Origin: Myxococcota bacterium
Lineage (GTDB): Bacteria > Myxococcota_A > UBA9160 > UBA6930
Length of the DNA stretch: 64,000 bases
NCBI GenBank assembly: GCA_965223415.1
Contig: OZ245002.1
Coordinates: 4,704,001 to 4,768,000, forward strand
Direction of reading: 5' to 3'
The notes beneath the pieces were generated by a model, which worked only from the letters and a program-made list of their open reading frames with translations, ran no database searches and was not told where the DNA came from. Position numbers and translations under genes: made by a program. Positions 27,724 through 37,208 of the stretch are shown piece after piece (positions within the stretch are counted from its first letter, which is position 1; each line of letters opens with the position of its first letter).

Positions 27724-28805
27724 GCCTTCGCGAGCGGGTGAAGCCGCACATCGCGGCGCTCGAGCCCTACAAGCCGGGGAAGCCCATCGAGGAGGTCGAG
27801 CGCGAGCTCGGCATCGTCGGCGCGGCGAAGCTGGCCTCGAACGAGAACCCGCTCGGTCCCTCGCCGAAGGCGATCCGCGCCATCGAGCAGGCCGCGCGGG
27901 GCGCCCACCGCTACCCGGACGGGGCGAGCTACCGGCTCCGCGGCGCCCTGGCCGAGCGGCTCGACGTGGCGCCGGAGCAGCTCGTGTTCGGCTGCGGCGC
28001 CGACGAGGTGCTGGAGCTCGTCGCCAAGGCCTTCATCGGCCCGGACGACGAGGTGGTCTACGCGTGGCCGTCCTTCGCGATGTACCCGATCGTCACCCAG
28101 GGCATGGGTGGGCGGGCTGTGCAGGTGCCTCTGGACGCGGACCTGGCCCACGACCTGCCGGCGATGGCGGAGGCGGTCACCGCGCGCACCCAGGTGGTGA
28201 TCGTCTGCAATCCGAACAACCCCACCGGCACCAGCGTGGGGGCAGAGGCCTTCGACCGCTTCGTGGAGAGCCTGCCCCCGGACGTGGTGCTGGTGGTGGA
28301 CGAGGTCTACATCGAGTTTGCCCGGCGAACGGACTTCCCGGACGGACTGGGCTGGGTCGCACGGCGGCCGGGCACGCTGGTGATGCGCAGCTTCTCGAAG
28401 CTCTACGGGCTGGCCGGGCTGCGGGTGGGCTACGGCGTGGCCGACCCGGAGCTGGCCGGCTACCTGGAGCGGGCCCGCCACCCGTTCAACCTGAACGCCA
28501 TCGCCGAGGTGGCGGCCCTGGCGGCTTTGGACGACACGGAGCACGTGGACGCCACCCTGCGCATGAACGCGGAGGGCGCCCAGCGGCTGACCCGCGGCCT
28601 CGAAGCCCTCGGGTACCGGGTCTGGCCCACCGATACGAACTTCCTGCTGGCGGATCTGGGCCCGGAGGCCTATGAGCGCCTGCTGCACCAGGGCGTGATC
28701 GTGCGCCCGATGGGAGGACTGGGCCTCCCGGACTGCGTGCGGATCTCGATCGGGACCGCCGAGGAGAACGAGAAGCTGATCAAGGCCGTGGAAGCGTGGA
28801 AGTGA
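27720..28805 (+). CDS. hisC: Histidinol-phosphate aminotransferase
   Basis: KLASNENPLG, NPNNPTG and RSFSKLYGLAGLRVG. Confidence 0.94.
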   Translation: MSLRERVKPHIAALEPYKPGKPIEEVERELGIVGAAKLASNENPLGPSPKAIRAIEQAARGAHRYPDGASYRLRGALAERLDVAPEQLVFGCGADEVLELVAKAFIGPDDEVVYAWPSFAMYPIVTQGMGGRAVQVPLDADLAHDLPAMAEAVTARTQVVIVCNPNNPTGTSVGAEAFDRFVESLPPDVVLVVDEVYIEFARRTDFPDGLGWVARRPGTLVMRSFSKLYGLAGLRVGYGVADPELAGYLERARHPFNLNAIAEVAALAALDDTEHVDATLRMNAEGAQRLTRGLEALGYRVWPTDTNFLLADLGPEAYERLLHQGVIVRPMGGLGLPDCVRISIGTAEENEKLIKAVEAWK

Positions 28806-29773
28806 GCTTCGAGACGCTCGCGGTGATCGGCCTGGGCCTGCTGGGAGGCTCGGTGGCGGGCGCGGCGCGGGAGCGCGGCGTGGTGGGCCGCGTCGTCGGC
28901 GTGAGCCGACGGCCCGAGATGGCGGCGGCTGCGGTCGATCGCGGCCTGTGCGACGAGGCGGGCACCGACCTGGCCGCCGGCCTGCGCGAGGCCGACCTGG
29001 TAATCCTGGCGACTCCCGTCTACGCCATGGAGGAGACCCTGCGCGGTGCGGCGGCGCACCTGCGCGAGGGCTGCCTCGTGACCGACGTCGGCAGCGTGAA
29101 GGGCGTCCTGGCCGACACGCTTCCCGGCCTGCTGCCCCCCGCCGTGCGCTACGTGGGATCCCATCCGATGGCCGGGAGCCACGCCAGCGGGCTGGCCTTC
29201 GCCCGGGCGGACCTGTTCGAGGGCGCCGCCTGCGTGGTGACGCCTCGCGGCGCGGACGACGCGGAGGACGCCCAGCGGCTGGCGGGCTTCTGGCGGGCGC
29301 TCGGCTCCCGGGTCGAGCTCCGCGACCCGGCCCGCCACGACGACGAGGTGGCCTGGGTGAGCCACCTGCCCCACGCGGTCGCCTTCGCCTTCGCCCGGGC
29401 CCTCGCGAGCGCCGGCGCCTCCGCCGCGGCCCTCAAGGGATCGGGATTCCGCGATTTCACCCGCGTCGCCCGGAGCGAGCCCGAGATGTGGGCCGACATC
29501 CTGGTGACGAACCGCAAGGCCCTGGCCGGGCCCCTGCAGGAGGCCCTCCGCGCCCTGCAGGAGCTCGCCCGACGCATCGAATCCGGAGACCTGGACGCGG
29601 TCTCCGCCGAACTGTCCGCCGCCCGCGACCTGCTCGCCACGCGCGAGTGGGAGACGAGCGGCCCAGACGAGCCCCGATCCGGGAATTCCATCCCGGACGG
29701 AGCCGACGACGCCCGATCCGGGGGCGCAAACCCGGAAATTCAGGCTGCCCCGGAGGCGGCCACCAAGGAGTGA
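28802..29773 (+). CDS. tyrA: Prephenate dehydrogenase
   Basis: IGLGLLGGS, TDVGSVK, SHPMAG, SHLPH and GFRDFTR. Confidence 0.92.
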   Translation: MSFETLAVIGLGLLGGSVAGAARERGVVGRVVGVSRRPEMAAAAVDRGLCDEAGTDLAAGLREADLVILATPVYAMEETLRGAAAHLREGCLVTDVGSVKGVLADTLPGLLPPAVRYVGSHPMAGSHASGLAFARADLFEGAACVVTPRGADDAEDAQRLAGFWRALGSRVELRDPARHDDEVAWVSHLPHAVAFAFARALASAGASAAALKGSGFRDFTRVARSEPEMWADILVTNRKALAGPLQEALRALQELARRIESGDLDAVSAELSAARDLLATREWETSGPDEPRSGNSIPDGADDARSGGANPEIQAAPEAATKE

Positions 29774-29784
29774 AGACACTTCAC

Positions 29785-31497
29785 ATGAGTCAGGAAGCAA
29801 ACACAGGCGGATCCTTCGCCGATCTTTTCGCCGCGAGCGAGAAGAAGATGAAGGAGGGGGAGGTCACCAAGGGCCGCATCCTCTCCATCGACGACGACCA
29901 CGTCCAGGTCGACGTCGGGTTCAAGTCCGAGGGGTTCATCGACCTCTGGGAGTTCATGGACGAGCAGGGAAACGTCCTCGTCAAGGTCGGTGACGAGGTC
30001 GACGTGCTGATCGAGGAGAGCGAGGACGACGACGGTCGGATCGTGCTCTCCAAGGACAAGGCCGACCGGGTCAAGGTCTGGGACGACATCAGCGACGCCT
30101 ACGAGGCGGACAAGCCGGTCGAAGGCCGGATCCTCTCGCGGGTGAAGGGAGGCCTCAGCGTCGACATCGGCGTGAAGGCGTTCCTGCCGGGCTCCCAGGT
30201 CGACCTGCGACCGGTCCGGAACCTCGAGAACCTCCTCGGCGAGCGCCTCGAGTTCAAGATCATCAAGTTCAACCAGCGGCGCGGCAACATCGTGCTCTCG
30301 CGGCGTGCGCTCCTCGAGAAGGAGCGCGAGAAGATGCGGGCCACCACCCTGGAGACGCTCCAGGAGGGTCAGATCATCGACGGCGTGATCAAGAACATCA
30401 CCGACTACGGTGCGTTCATCGATCTCGGCGGCATCGACGGCCTGCTCCACGTCACCGACATGAGCTGGGGTCGGGTGAACCACCCGAGCGAGCTGTTCCG
30501 CGTCGGCGACGAGATCAAGGTGAAGGTGCTCAAGTTCGACGTGGAGACCGAGCGGGTCTCGTTGGGGCTGAAGCAGATCCAGCCGGACCCGTGGGTGGAT
30601 GCGGCGATGCGGTACCCGATCGGCATGCGCATCAACGGCAAGTGCGTCTCGCTGACGGACTACGGCGCCTTCATCGAGCTCGAGCCCGGCATCGAGGGCC
30701 TGGTGCACGTCTCCGAGATGTCCTGGACCAAGCGGGTCAAGCACCCGTCGAAGGTCGTGGAGATCGGAGCCGAGGTGGAAGCGGTCGTCCTCGATGTGGA
30801 CGAGTACAACCGCAAGATCTCGCTGGGCATGAAGCAGATCGAGCCGAACCCGTGGGCGGTGATCGAGGAGAAGTACCCGATCGGCACCCGCGTCTCCGGG
30901 GAGGTCCGCAACATCACCAACTTCGGGCTCTTCGTGGGGCTCGAGGAGGGGATCGACGGGCTGGTGCACGTCTCCGATATCTCGTGGACGGAGAACATCA
31001 AGCACCCGAGCGAGAAGTACGAGAAGGGCGACCACGTCGAGGCCGTGGTGCTGAAGATCGACCGGGAGAACGAGAAGTTCTCGCTGGGCGTGAAGCAGCT
31101 CGAGGCCAACCCGTGGGAGGACATCCTCAAGAAGTACGCCCTCGGCAGCGAGATCACCGGCGACGTCACGAACGTGACCGACTTCGGTGCCTTCGTGAAG
31201 CTCGAGGACGGCATCGAGGGGCTGGTCTACAGCTCCGAGCTCGCCACGGAGCCGGTGGACAAGCCGTCGGACGTGGTCTCCACCGGAGACAGCGTGACGG
31301 CGATCGTCACCAAGGTGGATCCGGTCGAGCAGAAGATCTCGCTCTCGATCCGGGCGGTTTCCGACCGGGAGCAGCGTGAGGCGCTCAAGAAGATGGCCGC
31401 CCAGCAGTCCGCCACCCAGACGGCGACGCTGGGGGACGTCGGTGCCCTCGCGGCTCTCAAGGAGAAGCTCGAGCAGGGAGGAGGCGAGGAGGGCTAG
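29785..31497 (+). CDS. rpsA: 30S ribosomal protein S1
   Basis: Six S1 repeats; AFLPGSQVD and DGLLHVTDMSW. Confidence 0.97.
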   Translation: MSQEANTGGSFADLFAASEKKMKEGEVTKGRILSIDDDHVQVDVGFKSEGFIDLWEFMDEQGNVLVKVGDEVDVLIEESEDDDGRIVLSKDKADRVKVWDDISDAYEADKPVEGRILSRVKGGLSVDIGVKAFLPGSQVDLRPVRNLENLLGERLEFKIIKFNQRRGNIVLSRRALLEKEREKMRATTLETLQEGQIIDGVIKNITDYGAFIDLGGIDGLLHVTDMSWGRVNHPSELFRVGDEIKVKVLKFDVETERVSLGLKQIQPDPWVDAAMRYPIGMRINGKCVSLTDYGAFIELEPGIEGLVHVSEMSWTKRVKHPSKVVEIGAEVEAVVLDVDEYNRKISLGMKQIEPNPWAVIEEKYPIGTRVSGEVRNITNFGLFVGLEEGIDGLVHVSDISWTENIKHPSEKYEKGDHVEAVVLKIDRENEKFSLGVKQLEANPWEDILKKYALGSEITGDVTNVTDFGAFVKLEDGIEGLVYSSELATEPVDKPSDVVSTGDSVTAIVTKVDPVEQKISLSIRAVSDREQREALKKMAAQQSATQTATLGDVGALAALKEKLEQGGGEEG

Positions 31498-31571
31498 CGC
31501 CCTTCCCGCGGCCAACCGTTCCCGGTGGAGGCCGGGCCCGCCCGGCCTCCACCGATCCAGCGGAGACTTTC

Positions 31572-31898
31572 ATGACCAAGAGCGGACTCATCGAGAAGGT
31601 GGCCGAGCTCACGCCGCACATCTCGAAGAAGGACACGGAGATCGTGGTGAACACGATCTTCGATTCGATGACGGAAGCCCTGAAGCACGGGGAGCGGATC
31701 GAGATCCGCGGCTTCGGCAGCTTCCAGGTGAAGGTCCGGGAGGCCCGCGAAGGTCGCAATCCGAAGACCGGCGAGGAGGTCCACATCCCCGCCAAGCGCA
31801 CGCCCTTCTTCAAGGTGGGCAAGGAGCTGAAGGAGATGGTCGACGCCTCCAAGGCGCCGCTGGATGAGTCCGCCGACGACGACGACACCCAGGGCTAG
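31572..31898 (+). CDS. ihfB: Integration host factor beta
   Basis: MTKSGLI, IEIRGFGSF and GRNPKTG; follows rpsA. Confidence 0.92.
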   Translation: MTKSGLIEKVAELTPHISKKDTEIVVNTIFDSMTEALKHGERIEIRGFGSFQVKVREAREGRNPKTGEEVHIPAKRTPFFKVGKELKEMVDASKAPLDESADDDDTQG

Positions 31899-31913
31899 GG
31901 AGAGCCTCTCCTC

Positions 31914-32270
31914 GTGAAGTGGCTGCGACGAATCGTCCTGCTCGTGCTGCTGGCGGGCTTTGCCTACGTGGCCTCCGAGCTGCCCGACGCCAACTCGGTC
32001 CTCGTCAACGTCGATTTGCTGGTCTGGCAGGCGCCGCCGCTTCCGATCTGGCTGGTCCTCGGTCTCGCCTTCCTGCTCGGCGTGCTGTGCGCCAGCGCGG
32101 GGCTCCTCTACCAGCTCGCCAAGAAGAGCCTCGTCACGCGCCGCTACCGCAAGACCGTGGCGGGCCTCGAGTCCGAGATCCACCAGCTGCGCAACCTGCC
32201 CCTCGCCGGGAGCGAGACGGCCCCGAACGGAGCCGGGGTGGAGGACTCGCCGGTTCCAGGCGCTCCATGA
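31914..32270 (+). CDS. lapA: LapA family lipopolysaccharide assembly protein
   Basis: Two TM helices plus a coiled coil (LESEIHQLRNLP); position after ihfB. Confidence 0.75.
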   Translation: MKWLRRIVLLVLLAGFAYVASELPDANSVLVNVDLLVWQAPPLPIWLVLGLAFLLGVLCASAGLLYQLAKKSLVTRRYRKTVAGLESEIHQLRNLPLAGSETAPNGAGVEDSPVPGAP

Positions 32271-33298
32271 GCCGTCTCAAGCGGGCGCTCCGCGGTGGGG
32301 GGAGGGCGTCCCGTTCCCCGGACGAGGCCTTCCGGGGTGCGCTCCTGCGGCTGCTCGACCGCGATCTCGACGGCGCCGAGGAGCTCCTGGCGGACGCGGC
32401 ACGGGCCGACTCCGACGACCTCGACGCCTACCTGGCGTTGGCCGCCCTCTACCGCAGCCGCGGGGAGATCGGCCGCGCGATCCGCATTCACCAGAACCTC
32501 CTGCTGCGCGCCGACCTTCCGGCGGCGCGGCGTCACGAGGCGCTGGCCGGGCTGGCGGCGGACTTCCAGCGCGGCGGCTTCCTGCAACGGGCCATCGCCG
32601 CCTACGAAGAGGTGCTCGAGGAGCACGGCAAGGACCCGGTGGCGCTGCGGGCGCTCGGCGAGCTGCACGCGGACGCACGCAACTGGGGACGCGCCCTCGA
32701 GATGAGTCGGCGCCTTGCGAAGGCGACCGGCCAGGACGGCGCCGCCCACGAGGCGGCTCTGTGGGTGCGCTCCGCCGCCGCCGCCCAGGCCGAGGGGCGC
32801 AGCGAGGACGCGCGCAAGGATCTGAAGCGCGCGCTCCGCCGGGACGCGGACGCGGTCGACGCCTGGATCGCCCTGGGCGAGATCGAGGCCGAGCGAGGCA
32901 AGGACAAGCGGGCCCTTGCGGCCTGGGCGAAGGTCCCGGAGATCGACCGCCGGGCGGGCCCCCGGGTCTACCCGAGGCTCGAGGCCACCTACGCGGCCCT
33001 CGGCAAGCCGCGGGACTACGAGAAGTGGCTTCGCGGGCTCCTCGCCGCGCGGCCCGGGGACGGTGGCGCCCGCCTGGCCCTCGTGCGCTGCCTGCTCTCG
33101 CGCGGCGACGCCGACGCCGCCCTGGACGAGGCACGAGAGCTGGTGGAGCGGGATCCGGCCAGCCTGGCCGGCCAGGCGGTGATGCTGCAGAGCCTGCTCG
33201 CCGCCGATCGGGACCCGGAGGCCCTGAAGCAGGCTCACGAGCTGCTCCAGACCCTGGCCCGTGGCGGCCTGCTGGAGCCGCGGGAGCCCCTCCTGTGA
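32267..33298 (+). CDS. lapB: LapB-like TPR protein
   Basis: LAALYRSRGEIGRAIRIHQNLL matches LapB; TPR repeats; synteny with lapA. Confidence 0.75.
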   Translation: MSRLKRALRGGGRASRSPDEAFRGALLRLLDRDLDGAEELLADAARADSDDLDAYLALAALYRSRGEIGRAIRIHQNLLLRADLPAARRHEALAGLAADFQRGGFLQRAIAAYEEVLEEHGKDPVALRALGELHADARNWGRALEMSRRLAKATGQDGAAHEAALWVRSAAAAQAEGRSEDARKDLKRALRRDADAVDAWIALGEIEAERGKDKRALAAWAKVPEIDRRAGPRVYPRLEATYAALGKPRDYEKWLRGLLAARPGDGGARLALVRCLLSRGDADAALDEARELVERDPASLAGQAVMLQSLLAADRDPEALKQAHELLQTLARGGLLEPREPLL

Positions 33299-35964
33299 CG
33301 GCGAAGTCCGCCCGGGAGACCCCGATGATGAAGCAGTACCTGGGCATCAAGGCCCAGGTTCCCGACGCGTTCCTGTTCTATCGGATGGGAGACTTCTACG
33401 AGCTCTTCTTCGACGACGCCGAGCGCGCGGCGCCGCTCCTCGACATCACCCTGACCACCCGCGACAAGAACAAGCCCGATCCGATCCCGATGTGTGGGGT
33501 GCCCGTTCACAGCGCCGAGGGCTACATCCGCAAGCTCGCCGAGCTCGGCCATCGCGTCGCCCTGTGCGAGCAGGTCGAGGACGCGCGCCAGGCGGGCGGG
33601 CGGAAGCTGGTGCGGCGCGAGGTGGTGGAGGTGGTGACGCCCGGGCTGGTCGGGGATCCCAGCGGCCTCGAGGGCGCGGAAGAGGTGGCGCTCGCGGCGC
33701 TCTCCCGGGGAGAGGCCGGCTTCGGCCTGGCAGTGCTCGACGCCTCGACCGGGAGCTTCCGGGCTACCCAGGCCCCCGCCGGCCCTTCGCTCTCCGCCGC
33801 CCTCGCCGACGAGCTCGAACGGACCGGGCCGAGGGAGCTCCTGGCACCCGAGGCCCTGGGTGGCGCTCTCGGGCCGCTGCTCGAGGCGCGGCTCCCGCAC
33901 ACCGTCCTCCGCACCCTCGACGACGCGCACTTCGATCCGGAGGGCGCGCCGGCCCGGCCCCACGGCTTCGTGGCGGACGCCGACGATCCGCGCATGGCGG
34001 CCGCCGCGGCGGCGCTGCGCTACCTGGGCGATCACCAGCCCGCCGCCCTGGCCCAGGCGCCGCGGCTGCGCCTCTACGAGCTGACCGACGCCATGGTCCT
34101 CGATGCGGCGACGCTTCGGCACCTGGAGCTGTTCGAGAGCCACGAGGACCGCTCGCGGAGCGGCACGCTGATCGAGCGGCTCGACGCGACCCGCACCGCC
34201 CTCGGCGCCCGCCGCCTGGCCCGCTGGATGGCCTATCCACTCATCGACCCGACCGCGATCCGGGCGCGCCAGGACGGGGTGGCGGCCCTGGCCGACGGCG
34301 ACCGTGGTCGGGGACGGCTGCGGGAGGCCCTGGCCCGGGTGCGCGATCTCGAGCGCATCTTCGCCCGTTGCCAACGGCCGGGCGCCGAGCCCCGGGACCT
34401 GGCCGCGCTGCGCGATTCGATCGCGGCCCTGCCCCGGGTCGTCAGTTCCCTTGCCGAAGCCGGCGACGCCCTGCTGGGCGATGCCGGTACGCTGCTGCCG
34501 CTCCCGGAGCCCTTGCCCGAGCTGGAGACGCTGCTGGCGGAGGCCCTGGTGGACGAGCCGAAGGCCGTGCCCCGCGGCTCCCGAGGCGCCACGGAGACGG
34601 GCTACGTGCGCGCCGGCTTCCGCGCCGAGCTCGACGGGGTGCGCGAAGCTGCCGGCAAGGGCCGCGAGTGGATCGCCGGGCTCGAGGCCCAGGAGCGCGA
34701 GCGCACCGGCATCCCGACTCTCAAGGTGCGCTTCCACCCGGTGCACGGCTACGCGCTCGAGGTGACGAAGGCGAACCTGCACCGGGTTCCCGAGGACTAC
34801 GAGCGCAAGCAGACCCTGGCGAACGCCGAGCGCTTCACCACGCCGGAGCTGCGCGAGATGGAGGGCGCGGTGCTCGGCGCCACCGAGCGCGCGGCGGCCC
34901 TGGAGCGGACGATCTTCGAGGAGGTTCGCCAGACGGCGCTGGACTGCGCCGTGGACATCCGCGCCGCGGCCGACGCGGTGGGTGAGCTCGACGCCCTCCA
35001 GTCCCTGGCGGAGGTGGCCCGCCGGGACGGCTGGGTACGGCCGGTCGTCGACGACGGGACCGGCCTGCGGATCGGAGCGGGACGGCATCCCGTCGTGGAA
35101 CGCATGCTGCGCCGCTCGGGCGAAGAGTACGTCGCCAACGACACCGCCCTCGATCCCACGGAGACCCAGCTCCTGCTGATGACCGGTCCCAACATGTCGG
35201 GCAAGAGCACCTACCTGCGCCAGGTCGCGATCCTGGTGCTGCTCGCCCAGATGGGGAGCTTCGTGCCCGCCGAGAGCGCCCAGGTGGGCGTGGTCGACCG
35301 CGTCTTCACCCGGGTCGGCGCCTCGGACCGCCTGGCCCGGGGCGAATCCACCTTCATGGTCGAGATGCGCGAGACCGCCGAGATCCTCGGACAGGCGTCG
35401 CCCCGCAGCCTGATCATCCTGGACGAGATCGGCCGTGGGACGAGCACCTTCGATGGCCTGTCGATCGCCTGGGCCGTGGCCGAGTACCTGCACGACACGC
35501 CGGGTCTCCAGGCGCGCACGCTCTTCGCCACCCACTATCATGAGCTGGCGGATCTGGCCCACACTCGTGCCGGCGTGGACAACGCCCACTTCGAGGCCCG
35601 CGAGTGGAAGGAGGAGGTGCTGTTCCTGCGTCGGCTGGCCCCGGGGCCGGCGAGCCGCTCCTACGGCATCCAGGTCGCCCGCCTGGCCGGGCTTCCGCCG
35701 GCCGTGACGAGCCGTGCCAGGGAGATCCTCGCGCGCCTCGAGCAGGACGAGCTGGCGCCGGACGGACGGCCGCGTCTCGCCGCGGAGAGCGACCCGGCCG
35801 CGGGAGACGGACAGCTCGCGCTCTTCACGAGCGACGCACCCAGCGCGGCCGAGGAGGCCGTGCTCCGAGAGCTGCGCGTCCTCGACCCGGACGCCACGAC
35901 ACCGCTCCAGGCGTTGGAGCGGCTGGCTGCGTGGCGGGCCCGCTTGCAGGAGGAGGGCGAGTGA
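33295..35964 (+). CDS. mutS: DNA mismatch repair protein MutS
   Basis: TPMMKQY, GDFYELFF, TGPNMSGKST, STFMVEM, DEIGRGTS and FATHY. Confidence 0.97.
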   Translation: MTAKSARETPMMKQYLGIKAQVPDAFLFYRMGDFYELFFDDAERAAPLLDITLTTRDKNKPDPIPMCGVPVHSAEGYIRKLAELGHRVALCEQVEDARQAGGRKLVRREVVEVVTPGLVGDPSGLEGAEEVALAALSRGEAGFGLAVLDASTGSFRATQAPAGPSLSAALADELERTGPRELLAPEALGGALGPLLEARLPHTVLRTLDDAHFDPEGAPARPHGFVADADDPRMAAAAAALRYLGDHQPAALAQAPRLRLYELTDAMVLDAATLRHLELFESHEDRSRSGTLIERLDATRTALGARRLARWMAYPLIDPTAIRARQDGVAALADGDRGRGRLREALARVRDLERIFARCQRPGAEPRDLAALRDSIAALPRVVSSLAEAGDALLGDAGTLLPLPEPLPELETLLAEALVDEPKAVPRGSRGATETGYVRAGFRAELDGVREAAGKGREWIAGLEAQERERTGIPTLKVRFHPVHGYALEVTKANLHRVPEDYERKQTLANAERFTTPELREMEGAVLGATERAAALERTIFEEVRQTALDCAVDIRAAADAVGELDALQSLAEVARRDGWVRPVVDDGTGLRIGAGRHPVVERMLRRSGEEYVANDTALDPTETQLLLMTGPNMSGKSTYLRQVAILVLLAQMGSFVPAESAQVGVVDRVFTRVGASDRLARGESTFMVEMRETAEILGQASPRSLIILDEIGRGTSTFDGLSIAWAVAEYLHDTPGLQARTLFATHYHELADLAHTRAGVDNAHFEAREWKEEVLFLRRLAPGPASRSYGIQVARLAGLPPAVTSRAREILARLEQDELAPDGRPRLAAESDPAAGDGQLALFTSDAPSAAEEAVLRELRVLDPDATTPLQALERLAAWRARLQEEGE

Positions 35965-37208
35965 TCCGCCGGCCCGGCCCCCTGGCGAACGGGCGGGGCG
36001 TGAGCCGCGGAGCGCTACGCCTAGGGCTCGGCCTGCTCGCACTCGCCCTGCTCGGCGCCGATCGGCCGCCGGGCCTCGCCGATGTGCGCGACGTCCGCCA
36101 CTGGTCCTACGCCGACTACACCCGGGTGGTGGTCGAGCTCTCCTCCTCGGCGGCGCGCAGCGAGGTGAAGCGGCTCGCCGCGGACCGCGGCGCGGGCCGG
36201 CCCGAGCGCATCTACCTCGACCTGCCGAACGTCTGGGTCGGGAAGCGCTACGAGGATCCGATCCCGGTGGGAGACGGTCTGCTGCGCGGGATCCGGCTCG
36301 GGCAGAATCGTCCCACCGCGTCCCGCCTGGTGATCGACCTGGAGCGCTACGAGCGCCACCGGATCTTCCGCCTGACCTCGCCCCACCGGCTGGTGCTCGA
36401 CGTGTACGCCTCGCGCCGCGGCCCCCAGGGTGGCACGATCACGGCAAGGCGCCCCGGGCGGCCGGGAGCTCCCGCGACGCGCCGCGCGGCCCCGGCCCCC
36501 ACCCCGCGCCTGCGCCCGGTGCATACCGTCGTGATCGACCCGGGGCACGGCGGCGAGGACCCGGGGGCGATCGGCATCGGCGGTCTGCGCGAAAAAGAAG
36601 TGACCCTGCGGATCGCGAAGGAGCTCGCTCGCCGGCTGCGCGATCGGGGCTTCCAGGTCTATCTCACCCGGCAGCGGGACCGCACCCTCAGCCTCGAGGC
36701 GCGTACCGCGTTCGCCGAGGGCAAGGGCGCCGATGTGTTCCTCTCGATTCACGCCAACGCCGCCGGCCGGCGGGGCGCCCACGGCATCGAGACCTACTTC
36801 CTGGACAAGAGCCACGAGCGGCACTCCCTGCGCGTGGCGGCCCGGGAGAACGGGGTGCCGCCCGGCGAGCTCGACGCGCTCCAGCGGGCGGTGGCCGGGC
36901 TCAAGGTCTCGGAGATGTCCGCCCAGTCCCGCTCCCTCGCAACGGCCGTCCACGGCAAGGTTGTCGACGGCGTGCGCCAGACCCACGGCTCCGTCCGCGA
37001 CCTGGGCGTGAAGCAGGGCCCCTTCCACGTGCTGTTCCTCTCGGGCATGCCGTCGATCCTGGTGGAGACGGGCTTCGTCACCCACCCGAAGGAGGCCCGC
37101 CGGCTGAAGAGCCGCTTCTACCAGCACGTGCTGGCGGAGCAGATCGCCCGCGGCCTCTCCCGGTACCGCAGCCAGCGCTCGGCGCAGCTCGCCAGGGCCC
37201 GGTCGTGA
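35961..37208 (+). CDS. N-acetylmuramoyl-L-alanine amidase (AMIN + Amidase_3)
   Basis: YTRVVVEL AMIN domain, IDPGHGG, SIHAN and LVETGF. Confidence 0.9.
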   Translation: MIRRPGPLANGRGVSRGALRLGLGLLALALLGADRPPGLADVRDVRHWSYADYTRVVVELSSSAARSEVKRLAADRGAGRPERIYLDLPNVWVGKRYEDPIPVGDGLLRGIRLGQNRPTASRLVIDLERYERHRIFRLTSPHRLVLDVYASRRGPQGGTITARRPGRPGAPATRRAAPAPTPRLRPVHTVVIDPGHGGEDPGAIGIGGLREKEVTLRIAKELARRLRDRGFQVYLTRQRDRTLSLEARTAFAEGKGADVFLSIHANAAGRRGAHGIETYFLDKSHERHSLRVAARENGVPPGELDALQRAVAGLKVSEMSAQSRSLATAVHGKVVDGVRQTHGSVRDLGVKQGPFHVLFLSGMPSILVETGFVTHPKEARRLKSRFYQHVLAEQIARGLSRYRSQRSAQLARARS

